Shown one piece after another: positions 38,301 through 49,000 of a stretch of DNA of 64,000 nt. The stretch spans positions 1,736,001 through 1,800,000 of the forward strand of contig CM030335.1 in NCBI GenBank assembly GCA_017654855.1, read 5' to 3'. The translations under genes were made by a program, and so were the position numbers. The notes under the pieces are model-generated. The model did not search any database. It saw only the letters and a program-made list of their open reading frames with translations, and had not been told where the DNA came from. Source of the stretch: Podospora anserina (taxonomy: Eukaryota). Within the stretch, counting starts at the first letter, position 1. Every line of letters starts with the position of its first letter.

Positions 38301-38770
38301 TTTTCTCACGCGGGAGTGAGACCTGTCTTGTTTTCTTCCACAGATCGAGTATTCCAAGTCTGAGGTCTTTATCGTTTTTTCTTTCTCAAGTTGTGCTTTT
38401 TGAGGGCTCTTGGGGGCACGCTTCTCTTGTTTTGTGGCTGGACAGACACCTGTAGTTGCAGTCATTTTCCCCGTCAACACGAAACTATCACAGACCAATG
38501 ATGACACCTACACGCATCCCTCCCGTTGTTTTCTTTCTCTCACGGGAGGGTGACCTGTTGTTTCTTTTCTCACAGGCCAAGCATCAAAGTCTGAGGTCTG
38601 AGGCTTTTCACTCTGGGGGATAAATTTGTGTAGTATTCTTTTTTCTTTTCATGCAACAAGACCTGTGATGACAATCACACACCCATCCCCCACCTCTCGT
38701 GGGTGGCAGGGAAGGAAAGACCTGGGGATATTGGTCCCGATAGGTCGAGTGTTATACAAGTTCTGAGGTC
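35397..38770 (+). ncRNA. Array of ~13 stem-closed box C/D (kink-turn) modules in pyrimidine-rich spacers
   Basis: Units at 35397-35469, 35661-35736, 36458-36518, 36631-36674, 36803-36850, 36981-37024, 37242-37284, 37398-37437, 37566-37617, 37951-38057, 38266-38367, 38493-38598 and 38660-38770. Each is stem-NN-(R)TGATGA...(C/T)TGA-complementary stem; the C box is degenerate in three. Confidence 0.75.
35760..36190 (+). ncRNA. Unidentified ~420-nt multibranch structured RNA domain
   Basis: Nested complementary pairs: GGCGCGAG 35767/CTCGCGCC 36174, GGAAAG 35792/CTTTCC 36159, GAGACGCG 35818/TGCGTCTC 36086, GCGCTCG/CGAGCGC, CAGACG/CGTCTG, AACACCAT/ATGGTGTT. Confidence 0.55.
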
Positions 38771-39091
38771 ATTGGTGTTACGAAGGGGTGTTTGTGGGGA
38801 TCTGGGAAGAGTCTGGGGGTTGCTGTGGGGATCAAGGTGGTTTTGGATGGTGGTTTACAGATAGAGAGTGTGTCGATGGAGGTAGCTTGGAAGAATGGTG
38901 TTCAATACGCGTATCTATATTGTCTTGTTCATCTAAAAGTATAAGAAACCAGATATTGGTCTAGCTTACATACATCAAGACATCTGTCAGAAACATTCCT
39001 CCGTTGTGCTCAGTCACTGTCCGCAACACCGATCCTCCGGAGTCATAACAAACCAACAATCACGCTACCTCTGAACCGTCAACCTCCCCTT

Positions 39092-40947
39092 TCACCGCCG
39101 ATAACCACCATACAACTGATGACGAGGTCCCGAGTGTTCCGGGGGCCAAAATTCATCCTCGGAGTCAGAGTCAGCCTGCGCCTGCCAACGCGGACCCCCA
39201 TAGCCATCCCTTGCCCGGCCAAAATCAGCATTGTCAAATGTTTGTGACCTTCGATTTTGCAACATTGGCATGACTGTCTGCGAATGTCGCGGGTATGGCA
39301 TGTTGTCTGTCCTTTCTTTGCTTCCCCGTGGGTTTATCCTGGGACTCTCGTACGGAGCAGAAGGTGACAGTCGCACATCATAACACTTTTGGTGATCTCT
39401 CTTGTTTCTTGGCGGCAGAATTGACTCTTGTAAGGAGCTCGATGAAGCAGCAGGGGAACAACTCATCGGAGCGGTGGGCATAACTGCTTCCACGTCAGGT
39501 GGACTGACGTAGATGTTGAGGTTGTCGTGGGGTGAGGTGGCGGGCATATCGACGATGCTAGGAACCCAAGGGCGAGTATCAGGACTTCCGGTTCGTAGAC
39601 GCCCGTTTTGAGAGGTTGTTGAATAGGCTGGCGAAAGGGAACGGGAACTGAGAACTGAAGAGAGCGCACTAGGAGGGCGTGCCTCATCCACGTCATGGAA
39701 TTCCATGCAGAAACTGACATTGTCCTCCCATGATGCATTCTTGAGAGAAGCTGGTGAATGGGTTCCCGCGCTGATGGCTCGAGGACTTGAAGGTTTGAGC
39801 TGAGAGGCGGCAAGGGCAGATGAAGACCTCTCTGCGGTTACGGGGCACCGTTCCTCTTTGGCATGCCCAGCTGGTTTGGCGGATATAGCTCCTCCCACGG
39901 TCGACGTCTCAGCCGGGTCTACTTGCGGCTCAAGCGGTCCCAGCAACCCGAACTCATGAGTTGTGTTGGAGGACATCAGAGGATCTGGAATCTTGCCGTC
40001 GGGTTGACGTCGTCTCCAACTAGCGGTCCTTCGTCGAAGGGCTCGATGCAACTGGCTGATACTGAAAGTCTCCGTATTGTTTCCAAACTCCTCAAGTTGT
40101 GCGCATAGGTTTTGGGTGAACGTATAGTCCCCATCTTGGATAGCCTTGCCATCAATGTCAACAGCCGCGAGAGTGACCATTGGTCTCGGCGGTGGCCGAT
40201 GCATGTGATCTATCGCATGCTGGCCTCTCTGCGCGTAGCAGCAGTCCAAGAGAATCAGGATATCAGCACCCTCTACATATTGTATTCTTGATAAAACATC
40301 CGTCGCCCAAGAAACGGATACGTCCTTGCTTTTTGGGCATCTTATCGTCAAGTTAGCGAAGGCAGCTAGCTCGTCGAGAAAGAATTTCGGGAGACTTACG
40401 GAACTAATAACAGGTCATTATCGGGTTCGTGGGGGTTGGCCACCGCATGACCACCGTAGTAGATGATGAGCAGGTCCAATGCGCCCTCCTCCTTCTTACT
40501 GCATTCATTGATCCGCTCGACAGTCTCGTTCAGTTTCTTGTCCAAGGCACGAGGATATTTTTCTGACGGAATGAGCCACTGCTCAATGTCATAGTTGTAT
40601 CCCAGCTGAAGAGTGTGGACAAACTCCTCCAGTTGCGTGTGAAACGGGTTCTCCCCCGTAGATGCATGCTCTCCTCCATCTTCTTCCCAGGCAAGGAACA
40701 GTCCCAAGACATTCTGATACTGTTGTTGACCCATCATACACTGTGTTGTGGAGTGTAGAGAAGCAGAATGCCGGCCGCAAATTGGGCGACATGGTGTTCC
40801 AAGGTTGGGCTGCTCCGTTGATGGGCACGGAGCCCAATCGAGGGGTCTGTTCCCTGTGTGGTTCAAACATCTGCGCCTGTTATCCATTGGTTCCAAAAGT
40901 CCCTCAAGTATCCTCAACATCACTTCCAAGGTCTCCATGCAGCTCAA
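39092..40947 (-). CDS. Caspase-fold (clan CD, C14-like) protease domain protein with disordered C-terminus
   Basis: VLGLFLAWEED, LLIIYYGGHA (catalytic His), DILILLDCCYA (catalytic Cys), FTQNL..L. Intron 40399-40341 (GTAAGT..GCTAAC..AAG) joins the two ORFs in frame. Start uncertain (~40736 or 40938/40947). Confidence 0.8.
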
Positions 40948-41013
40948 TGACAGATACTTTCACCTCATGCACCTTTACCTCACCACAGTCAAGCGGCGGA
41001 CATCACCTCAACC

Positions 41014-41971
41014 ATGACCATAAAAGCAGAATCCTTCCAGTTCGAGGACTACGCCTATGGGATGCGAAAGTCTGGCTTCGGCCATGCCTTGCTCAGCCCA
41101 GCCTCCGATCTCGACGCCTACCCCGGTGTCTGCGGCTTCATCGACGACAGGGGCGACTGGCAGAGAATCGTCGACGTGACCAAACCGCAAGAACTCAAAG
41201 CCTTTGGCCTAAGCCCCTTCGTAGGACGAACGTGGGAAAAGCGGCGAGAAAGCTCCAAATGGGGTCCCAGGATAACGGAAACCGTCAGCAGGGTTGCGAT
41301 CTCAACATCTGCCGCAACTCAAGCCAACATTCCTGCCACCTTCTCCTCTGCCCACAGATATGAGCTTAAGGGGGAGTTTGGGGCGATCCTCCTGTGCAAT
41401 GATCCGGTCGAGAAGAGATCGTTTGGGCTCAAAGACCCCTTCAGCACATGGGCGAACAAGAATGCCAAGGATCTCCTGAGGAGGTTCCCTGACATCAAGA
41501 AGAGCGGCGGTTTTTATGTTATCACATCGACCATAACGGCGAGGGATATCCGGATCACCACTTGGACCACCAAGGGCACATCGGTTGTCATTGGGGCCTC
41601 AGCTGAGATTGATAATGTTGCGAAGATTGATGCTTCGACTGAGTTTTATGTTGGTGAGACTGCTACGGAGTGGCATGAGCCACAGGTTGAGGTAGGTCAC
41701 CCTCATTGAAGCTCCAGAGCCGCTCATTGACGAAGTATTTCCAGGAAGGCGAGAAGAAAGTGTTGTTCTTTGGTGGCGTCTACATCAAGTACAGTAGACT
41801 GTGGGTGAGTGCCATGGACGAACGCCGAACGTGAACCAGGCGCTAACACCGTGTCAGCCATTGCGAGAAAAGGACCAAAAGAAGTGGAGTGGTTATCGCG
41901 GTAGTGACGACGGGAAAGTCATGATTGAAGAGGACAATTACGCATGGGATGTTGAAGCTTGCCAGATTTGA
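41014..41971 (+). CDS. ~283-aa putative gasdermin-like pore-forming protein
   Basis: Exons 41014-41691, 41745-41804 and 41858-41971 with canonical introns give an open frame. It is beta-rich with alternating small/hydrophobic strands (VAISTSAAT, SVVIGASAE), FYVITST, VLFFGGVYI and a short acidic tail. The gene is well supported; the family assignment is inference. Confidence 0.6.
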
Positions 41972-42373
41972 GGTCTGTGGCTGTAAGAAGAGAGGGACAG
42001 AGCATGTGGGGTTGAACAGAAGGGCGCTGGGTTAGGGGTCCCCGAACTGGTCATCCACTGCACAACATTTTGTTTCAATAGCATCATCCTTGCTGAAAGC
42101 ATTTCTCCACCGAAATAATTCTGCATTAGCTCAATTTCCATCAAACATGCAAATTATCAATAGTTCTGCCACCGCCGATAGGCACCTCCGATCCCCGCCC
42201 CGGACCCCTCCGGGAGCCGCCGAGAATCCTTGGCGCGCCCTCGGCCATCGCCGTCACCGGCCCCGGAGAGCCCAACACGGCGATCGATAAAAGGACACCG
42301 GTGCTCAACAACAGATCACATCATCACCCAACACCACAACATCCAACCACACAACAACATCATCACCACCACC

Positions 42374-43048
42374 ATGCCCACCAACACCAACACCCCCCCG
42401 AACCCGCACCCCCCCTCAACTCTCCTCACCACCCTCCTCACCCTCACCGAGTCCACCATAATCCCCCTCACCACCACCGGCGTCTCCTCCGGCTCAAAAC
42501 TCTTCGGCGCCTCCATCCTCTCCCGCGACACCCTGTCCCCCATAACAACAGCCACAAACAACGAAGCCCTCTCCCCCCTCCTCCACGGCGAAATAAACTG
42601 CATCCAGCAATTCTTCACCACCATCCCCCCCTCCTCCCGCCCCTCCCCTTCTTCCTGCATCTTTTTCGCCACACACGAGCCCTGCTCCCTCTGTCTGTCT
42701 GGAATCACCTGGGCTGGGTTCAACGAGTTCTACTATTTGTTCACCTACGAGGACTCAAGAGACGCGTTCAATATCCCGTATGACATTGACATTCTGGAGG
42801 AGGTGTTCAAAGTAAGGGGAGAAAATGAGGGGGAGGGTGAGTTTAAGAGGAGGGGGTTGTATAACAAGAATAACAAGTTCTTCAAGAGCAAGAGTCTAGG
42901 GGAGCTGATCGAGGAGGTGGAGGATGGGAAGGAGAGGGAGTACTTCAGGGGGGAGGTCAAGAGGCTAAAGGGGTTATATGACGCGCTCAGTGAGACGTAC
43001 CAGAAGGGCAAGGCGGAGGGTGTGGGGAGTGAGAGTGTTTGGAAGTAA
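42374..43048 (+). CDS. Cytidine/deoxycytidylate deaminase-like zinc enzyme (guanine deaminase-like)
   Basis: GSKLFGASIL, SPLLHGEINCI and THEPCSLC zinc-binding motifs; likely start MPTNT at 42374. Confidence 0.9.
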   Translation: MPTNTNTPPNPHPPSTLLTTLLTLTESTIIPLTTTGVSSGSKLFGASILSRDTLSPITTATNNEALSPLLHGEINCIQQFFTTIPPSSRPSPSSCIFFATHEPCSLCLSGITWAGFNEFYYLFTYEDSRDAFNIPYDIDILEEVFKVRGENEGEGEFKRRGLYNKNNKFFKSKSLGELIEEVEDGKEREYFRGEVKRLKGLYDALSETYQKGKAEGVGSESVWK

Positions 43049-46000
43049 AGGGGAGATGGCTGCTGGGAAAGGAGGTGAGGAGACGGGACAAGTTGGTTGT
43101 CATCATGATGGACGGTTTTTCTTTTGGAGGGGCTTTTCATTTTTCCTTTTGTTTTCGGCTGCTTTTTCCAGGTTTCAACGATACCCTGTCAAAATTGACT
43201 TCACTGTTTTTTTCCATGCCGTTATATGGAATTACCCTCGCTGTCCGCTCGCAGATTTGACCATTGGGCAAGCATGAGATGCTCAAACGATCCTCAGTCT
43301 ACCTTAGACAGAAGATTAGTACATCTACTCCATGATGTCTCAAATATAATTTATCCTGGTGAAGAAGCTACCTCTTAACCACAACAACGTGCATCATCTT
43401 ATCGCCTGTCTCACTCCTAAACATCGTCCCGATGAACAACACATGGGCCGATTACCTGGTGTAACCCCTATCACCTTCCTCGTCAGCTCTCACCAATCCT
43501 TCTCGAGAACATCACGGCAAGATGAAGGGTCGCGGGCGAGTTGCTCGACCACATAATTAGCTTCTAGGCAATAACTACCCTAAACCAAAGACACCGAAAA
43601 ACATAGCACTGCGATAGTATCACAAGAAATAAGCCTCATCACTCCCTACCCATGTCCGAGACATCCACAAGGAAAAAATCCCGAGGTTGCATCAACCCCT
43701 TGACCTTGTTCACACGTTAACACCTCTACATCCAAGATCTCCCATGAGGCTCCGGAAGACGTGCGTGCTTGGCCGGCAGTTCTATGCAATGCACCGTGAT
43801 TACCAACCGCCACTTACAAGACCTACCTCCAGCTTCTTCTCCAACAACAACCACAGGAATCAACTTTTGACTTTTATGTCCCTCAACCGCCTGCTGCCTA
43901 GCAAGGGCCGCCTCACAGACCTATCACCCCTCATCATCCAATAAACACCAACCATCAACCAAGGTGTGGTACGGTGACTCACATCTCCCCCAAGCCACAT
44001 ATAATTGGCCCAAACACCCTTCCACCAAAAAGGCGTCCGAGATGAGTGAAAAATACAAGATAACAAGAAGGATGAGCCTCAAAACAAGCGAGAATTTCCC
44101 CTCCGAAAAAAAGACATGACGCAAGCTCTGTACACTATGCCCGTCCTTGACGCCGTGAAACAGGGGTACCTACACCCCTCGGCGCTTGGCGACCCCATGC
44201 CCACAAGACTCAACAATTACAGCATGTGTGAGGAAGAAACAGGCATCAGATCAGCCTATGAAGAAGCTTAATTCAACGTTTGCTTACCTCCTTCGTGCCG
44301 CGGACGTCTGTGTGACAGGAAGCCTCGTCCTTTGCCTTCGTCGTCGTGAGACAAATGAAGAGTAAGGAAGCATAGGTCCTATGACTACCACCATATTTCC
44401 CCCCCCTCAGAACTTGGACTTGTCATATCAAGCAAACCTATCAGACCCGTTACACATGCAGTGACGATAGCAAATGTACACAACCCAAAAATGCCACAGT
44501 GAACAACACTGTCTGCGCAAGTTGGCCTCTCATATCAAGCCTTTTCCGAACCCGACCTCGAGAGCGTTGCATTTGGGGAAGAGAGAAAGGACGCAGAGGG
44601 GTGTGGCTAGCCGTGACTCGACTCGACTCGACTCAAGAAAGTCGAGTCAACGAGGCTCTGCCCATATCCCACACGCCCTCCCCCCTCCCACCGAGAAACG
44701 CCCACTGACATGGCCGACGCACGATACACAGCAGATAACCGCTGCCGGGAAATAACGTCACTTGACGATCATTCTGATTCCCAACTCGTGTCCAACATAT
44801 CAGGAGGGAACCGACCCTGCTTTTCCGTCGGGCCCTTCCAGAACACAGTCAACCTTGTTACACAAAACACTCTGGGGACACATGATGTCGATCTCGAAAC
44901 TCTTCGAGATCAAAAGTGACGCCAGTGAAGACGACAAAGCAAAGAGTTGGTGTGTCGCCTAGGACCTGGACTCACCCCAGGTCTGATCTCTCAACCCAAC
45001 TGACCCGACACTAAGCACTATGCCCAAGGCTCAGCAGCATTGCCTGCCGGGCAAAGTGGCAGCACCAGAGGGAATCAACCCATGATCAACTGGTCTCAGT
45101 CTGCCAGAAAAATATGCCGGAACCCGATCCACTGCGACCTGAGAGGACCATCAATCGAGACGATGTAATGTAATGGGATGCACTCGCGTTCATCGAGCAG
45201 TCCAGATTCATGAATAAGAAACAAGAGCAAAGCCACAAACAGGCTCTCAACCAAGGCGTCCCTGCTGCAGGAACAAGATCCGGGCACCCATCGTTGGGTT
45301 GCAAAAGCCTTCTTCCCCACTGGGGTCCCGGTGCTTCCCACAAAACGCTCAATATGATGCCCCGTGCTGATCATCTGTGACCACGCCTGTCCACGACCCA
45401 TAGCATGTGTGTAATATTACCCAGATAATAAGACCGATCTCACCACTGCCAGTCTTCCGTCTCCGCTTGTCCGGAAAAAAGAGGAGAAAGGTTTGACGTA
45501 GCCAGTGGGTGTGGCATCGCGAAGAGACAACGCAAAAACGATATGGCACTGCCCCTTTCGGTCCAACACAGTGCCCAAAGTGGCGAACGCGGATCGCAGA
45601 AACACGACAGAAAAGATATAAAAAGTGCCAGATTGCAGATCGCAGGTTTTCGTGTACGCGCTTGCGTAGCTTGCCATGCCCGTTCACCTTGACAACAGAT
45701 GAGCTAAGTGAATAGCCTTCGCCCGGCGTGCTCCAAGTGTGAACGTAGCTGATATACAGCTTACCGCCGAGGCTGTCGGAAGTGTGGGCGGAGTATCGGC
45801 CCTTCACCCAAGAGGTACGGGAGGCGTGTGAGTGAGCAGGATATGTGAGAGGCCCGAGGCAGTCGGGAGTGGGTAAACCACGGACAACCAAAGCGTGGGA
45901 TGTTGAATGAAAAGTGACAAAACAGTTGCAAGAGCCCCAGTCGTGTATCGCCGTGAGAGGGACCGCGCGTTTAGAGCGTGGGATAGCCGTTGAAGTGGAC

Positions 46001-49000
46001 GATACCTCACATATGGGGGCGGATATCGAAGGCTCATGTGGTTGGCCCCGTGACCGTAGCATCGGCGATAGCTGCACACTCGACCTGTAGCTGATTCACC
46101 AGTGACTCAATTCCATTGTAGCTACCGCTTCAGTTTGCCATCTGCTGAACCTTGCCGGCTATTCCAACTGCCGTGCAATAGGGATACGTAAATTGCCTCA
46201 GCCACAGGGCAAGGCAGCAGAGAAAAGTGTGGGATATTGAGGCCTGAGGTCGACAGATGAAGAGTGCTGGCTGGGGTGTGTCGATATCCGACGGATGACA
46301 AATGAAAAAGGAATTCTGACGTAGGCAGGTTACCTCTGAGGCGGAATGGAATAATCGAGGCCTCGAAATCGTCGCATTCGTTAACAGAAAGGAAGAGAAG
46401 TTGGAAGGAAGTTGGGCAAGAATTGGGTCTTGAAGTTCCATCTCGGCCTGATGCCGGCACAAGAAGTCGGAAGAGAGTGCTGGACCGTGCGTTTGTCAGC
46501 ACCCAGGCACCATCCACAGTTTCCACCGGGCGTGCCACAGTCCCGGGATGGCTAATGCTAGGATGCACTCGCCACAGCACGAGGAGCCGGGGATGTTCCG
46601 AAGAGGTAAAACAGCCAATCAGACGAACCAGACTAGGATCACGAAGATCTTTTCAGCCAGCTAAGCCACCATGTGGCTCGAGAGAAGCTGGTCCCAGACA
46701 CTCGGGTTTTTGCACTTTGTCACACTCTGTCCAACCGTACCTGGCTGCTGTGATGCATGTGAAAGTCGAGATGGAGGAAAAAAAGAAACAACTCTTCAGA
46801 GCTGAGTGCTCCACCAGCTCTAACCCTGTCTTCCCTGGTGTGTCGTTTGCCTCAAAGCAACCTCAGGCAAGCTCAGCTCTTGGCGGTGATTGCCCTGTGG
46901 CCTGTGCATTTGCTGGAACAGCCTGCGCTGCGATGCCATGCGAAACAGAAAGTGTCAAAGTTGCTGCGTTTGCGCTAACCTCCTCTTGCCCCTGAAGCGT
47001 CGCAACACTGTGAAGGAAAAAGGCAAGGTGCAGAAGAGCCATTCTCTCTGTCTGCAAGACATTCATCAAGGGTAAAAACAAAACCACAGCGCCTGCGTGA
47101 CGTCCCGTTGCTATCAAAGCTTTGGGATTGGCGAACTGGGCAAGCAAGACCAGCAAGACAGCATTCGATGCTCACCGCTGACGAGGCCCGTTTGCGCTCG
47201 GCTTGTAATTGGCTCCGGCTTCCAAACATGGAAGGCCTCCCACCCGGGGTGCCGGTGTCTTCGGAGAGCGAGCACGGCGGGACTGGCCAAGGAGTGCTGT
47301 GTTCAAAGGCAGCTGATTGAAAATGCGCGGCCGTCTGATTGCCGATATTCATCGCAACGTCGTTGTTTTACATCACTGGCAGGAGTGGCATTCAAAGAGG
47401 TGGGACACCTGATAAGTGTTCCGTAGCCCCTATTCGATTATAGGGACAAGACAGACTGTGGTTTGGTGACACGAACTTCTGCGGGACGAGTGAGAAGTGA
47501 GGCGGGTCATCAACAGCGCCTTGGTCATCTCACTGGATGTTGGGTTGTTGGGAGGGTTTCTGTCAAAGAAAAGGGGTGTGGTGCCAGACGATTCGTACAT
47601 TGTGTGTGAGGGCACGCGAGGGCTGCGGTCGAGGTCGGTCGATGCTGGTGATGCCTGATCCACCTAAAGGCCGTTGCCATTGTTGGTGTTCCGCCTATCT
47701 AAAGTCCGCCTTCGGTAGCCCACGGCGATCGCAACAGGGACCGGATAAGGGACGGCAGTCCCTGCTTTGCAACGTTCCTGCTTCCGTCCGCTTGACTGCT
47801 CTTGAGTGTTCGACCCTTCGTTCCTATCTTTTTCCTCCTGCAATCGCGGTTGGCAGAGAGCGGCATTGGACAGAGATATCGACCTTTTTTTTTTTTTTTT
47901 TTTTTGCAAAATTCTCAAAAGTTTTGTGGGCATGACGCTACGTCAAAGGCCGGCGTCCAGGATCACACCGGCTCCTCGGCGTGTAAGACGCTTTCCCACA
48001 TTCTACACCCCCCCCCCCGGCATGAAATATGTACGGCGAGGAATCTTTCCATGCCACCCCGGCCGCTTTCTGGATGCTCGCCATCGTCGAGAATTGTCGG
48101 TGAGGGACAAAACTCTGCAACATCGGTTGGTGATGTCCCATAGCCGCTTCAAAGTTGCCTATTCTTGACGAGGTGATCGAGAGGCCGGCTGCGAGGATCG
48201 ATACATTCTTCGCCAGTCAACCTGTTTGGTGATGGGGTGTGCTTTTGGATGGACCAGTCAGTGCTCAGCGGATCCCGAGAATCCAATCGGGGGCCGGGTG
48301 CATCTGCATCCTGAAGGTGCCGACGCAGGCCCATTGGCCATTCAGCGGTCTGCACCCAAACAGCCTGCTGATATTGGACATCAACGCATCAGACAATGGG
48401 GCCAGCAACCATTAGGGCAGCGAAGCATAAACCGTACATGCACTCCCACACTCCCCCGTATACTAGATATCGTGACTCACCAGTTGCCATAGGGCAGATG
48501 GCACCCACCGAAGGGAGAGGAAAAGTGTGCTTTTTGTTGGATGCCGCTCATCTCATGTCTCTCGCCGTCTCCCTGTCCTCCCTCGACACTTGTCGCTTCA
48601 CCCCTTTCGCCGACGGCGCTGGTCCAGGGGTCAAATGAAAATCGCATTGGTTCGGGGAGGAAAATTTTTTACGGTGAGCCAAAAGGGAGCAAATCAATCA
48701 GAAAAGAAAATGATTGACGGGGGTCGGTGCCGTGCACCTCGACCGGGGGTTAAGATACGAGCAAGGTAGGGGTGTGCTTCTTCTAGAAAAAAAACAAAGC
48801 GTGCCCGGATTCACCACTGGGCAGTACGACTGCCAAGCCTGCCAAGACGCAACGAAAAATGAAGGTGAAGGGTGTGCGCTCCATTGACGGCGCTAGGATA
48901 CCAAGGCCGTGTGATGGTGTGTTGCTTCGTGCATGATGGACAGGGCTTCTTGATTTGACGGATTGACCCGCGGCTGTTCTTGACCGTGCCGTGATACTGT

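Noticed and set aside
32757-38507. Many Phe/Ser/Leu-rich (+) and Lys/Arg/Glu-rich (-) ORFs
   Set aside because: By-products of T/C-rich low-complexity sequence; no domain signal.
37951-38770. CRISPR-like repeat-spacer reading of the repeated units
   Set aside because: Eukaryotic DNA, irregular spacing, degenerate repeats, no cas genes.
44614-44650. (GACTC)n with inverted copy forming a hairpin
   Set aside because: Short simple repeat with no supporting context.
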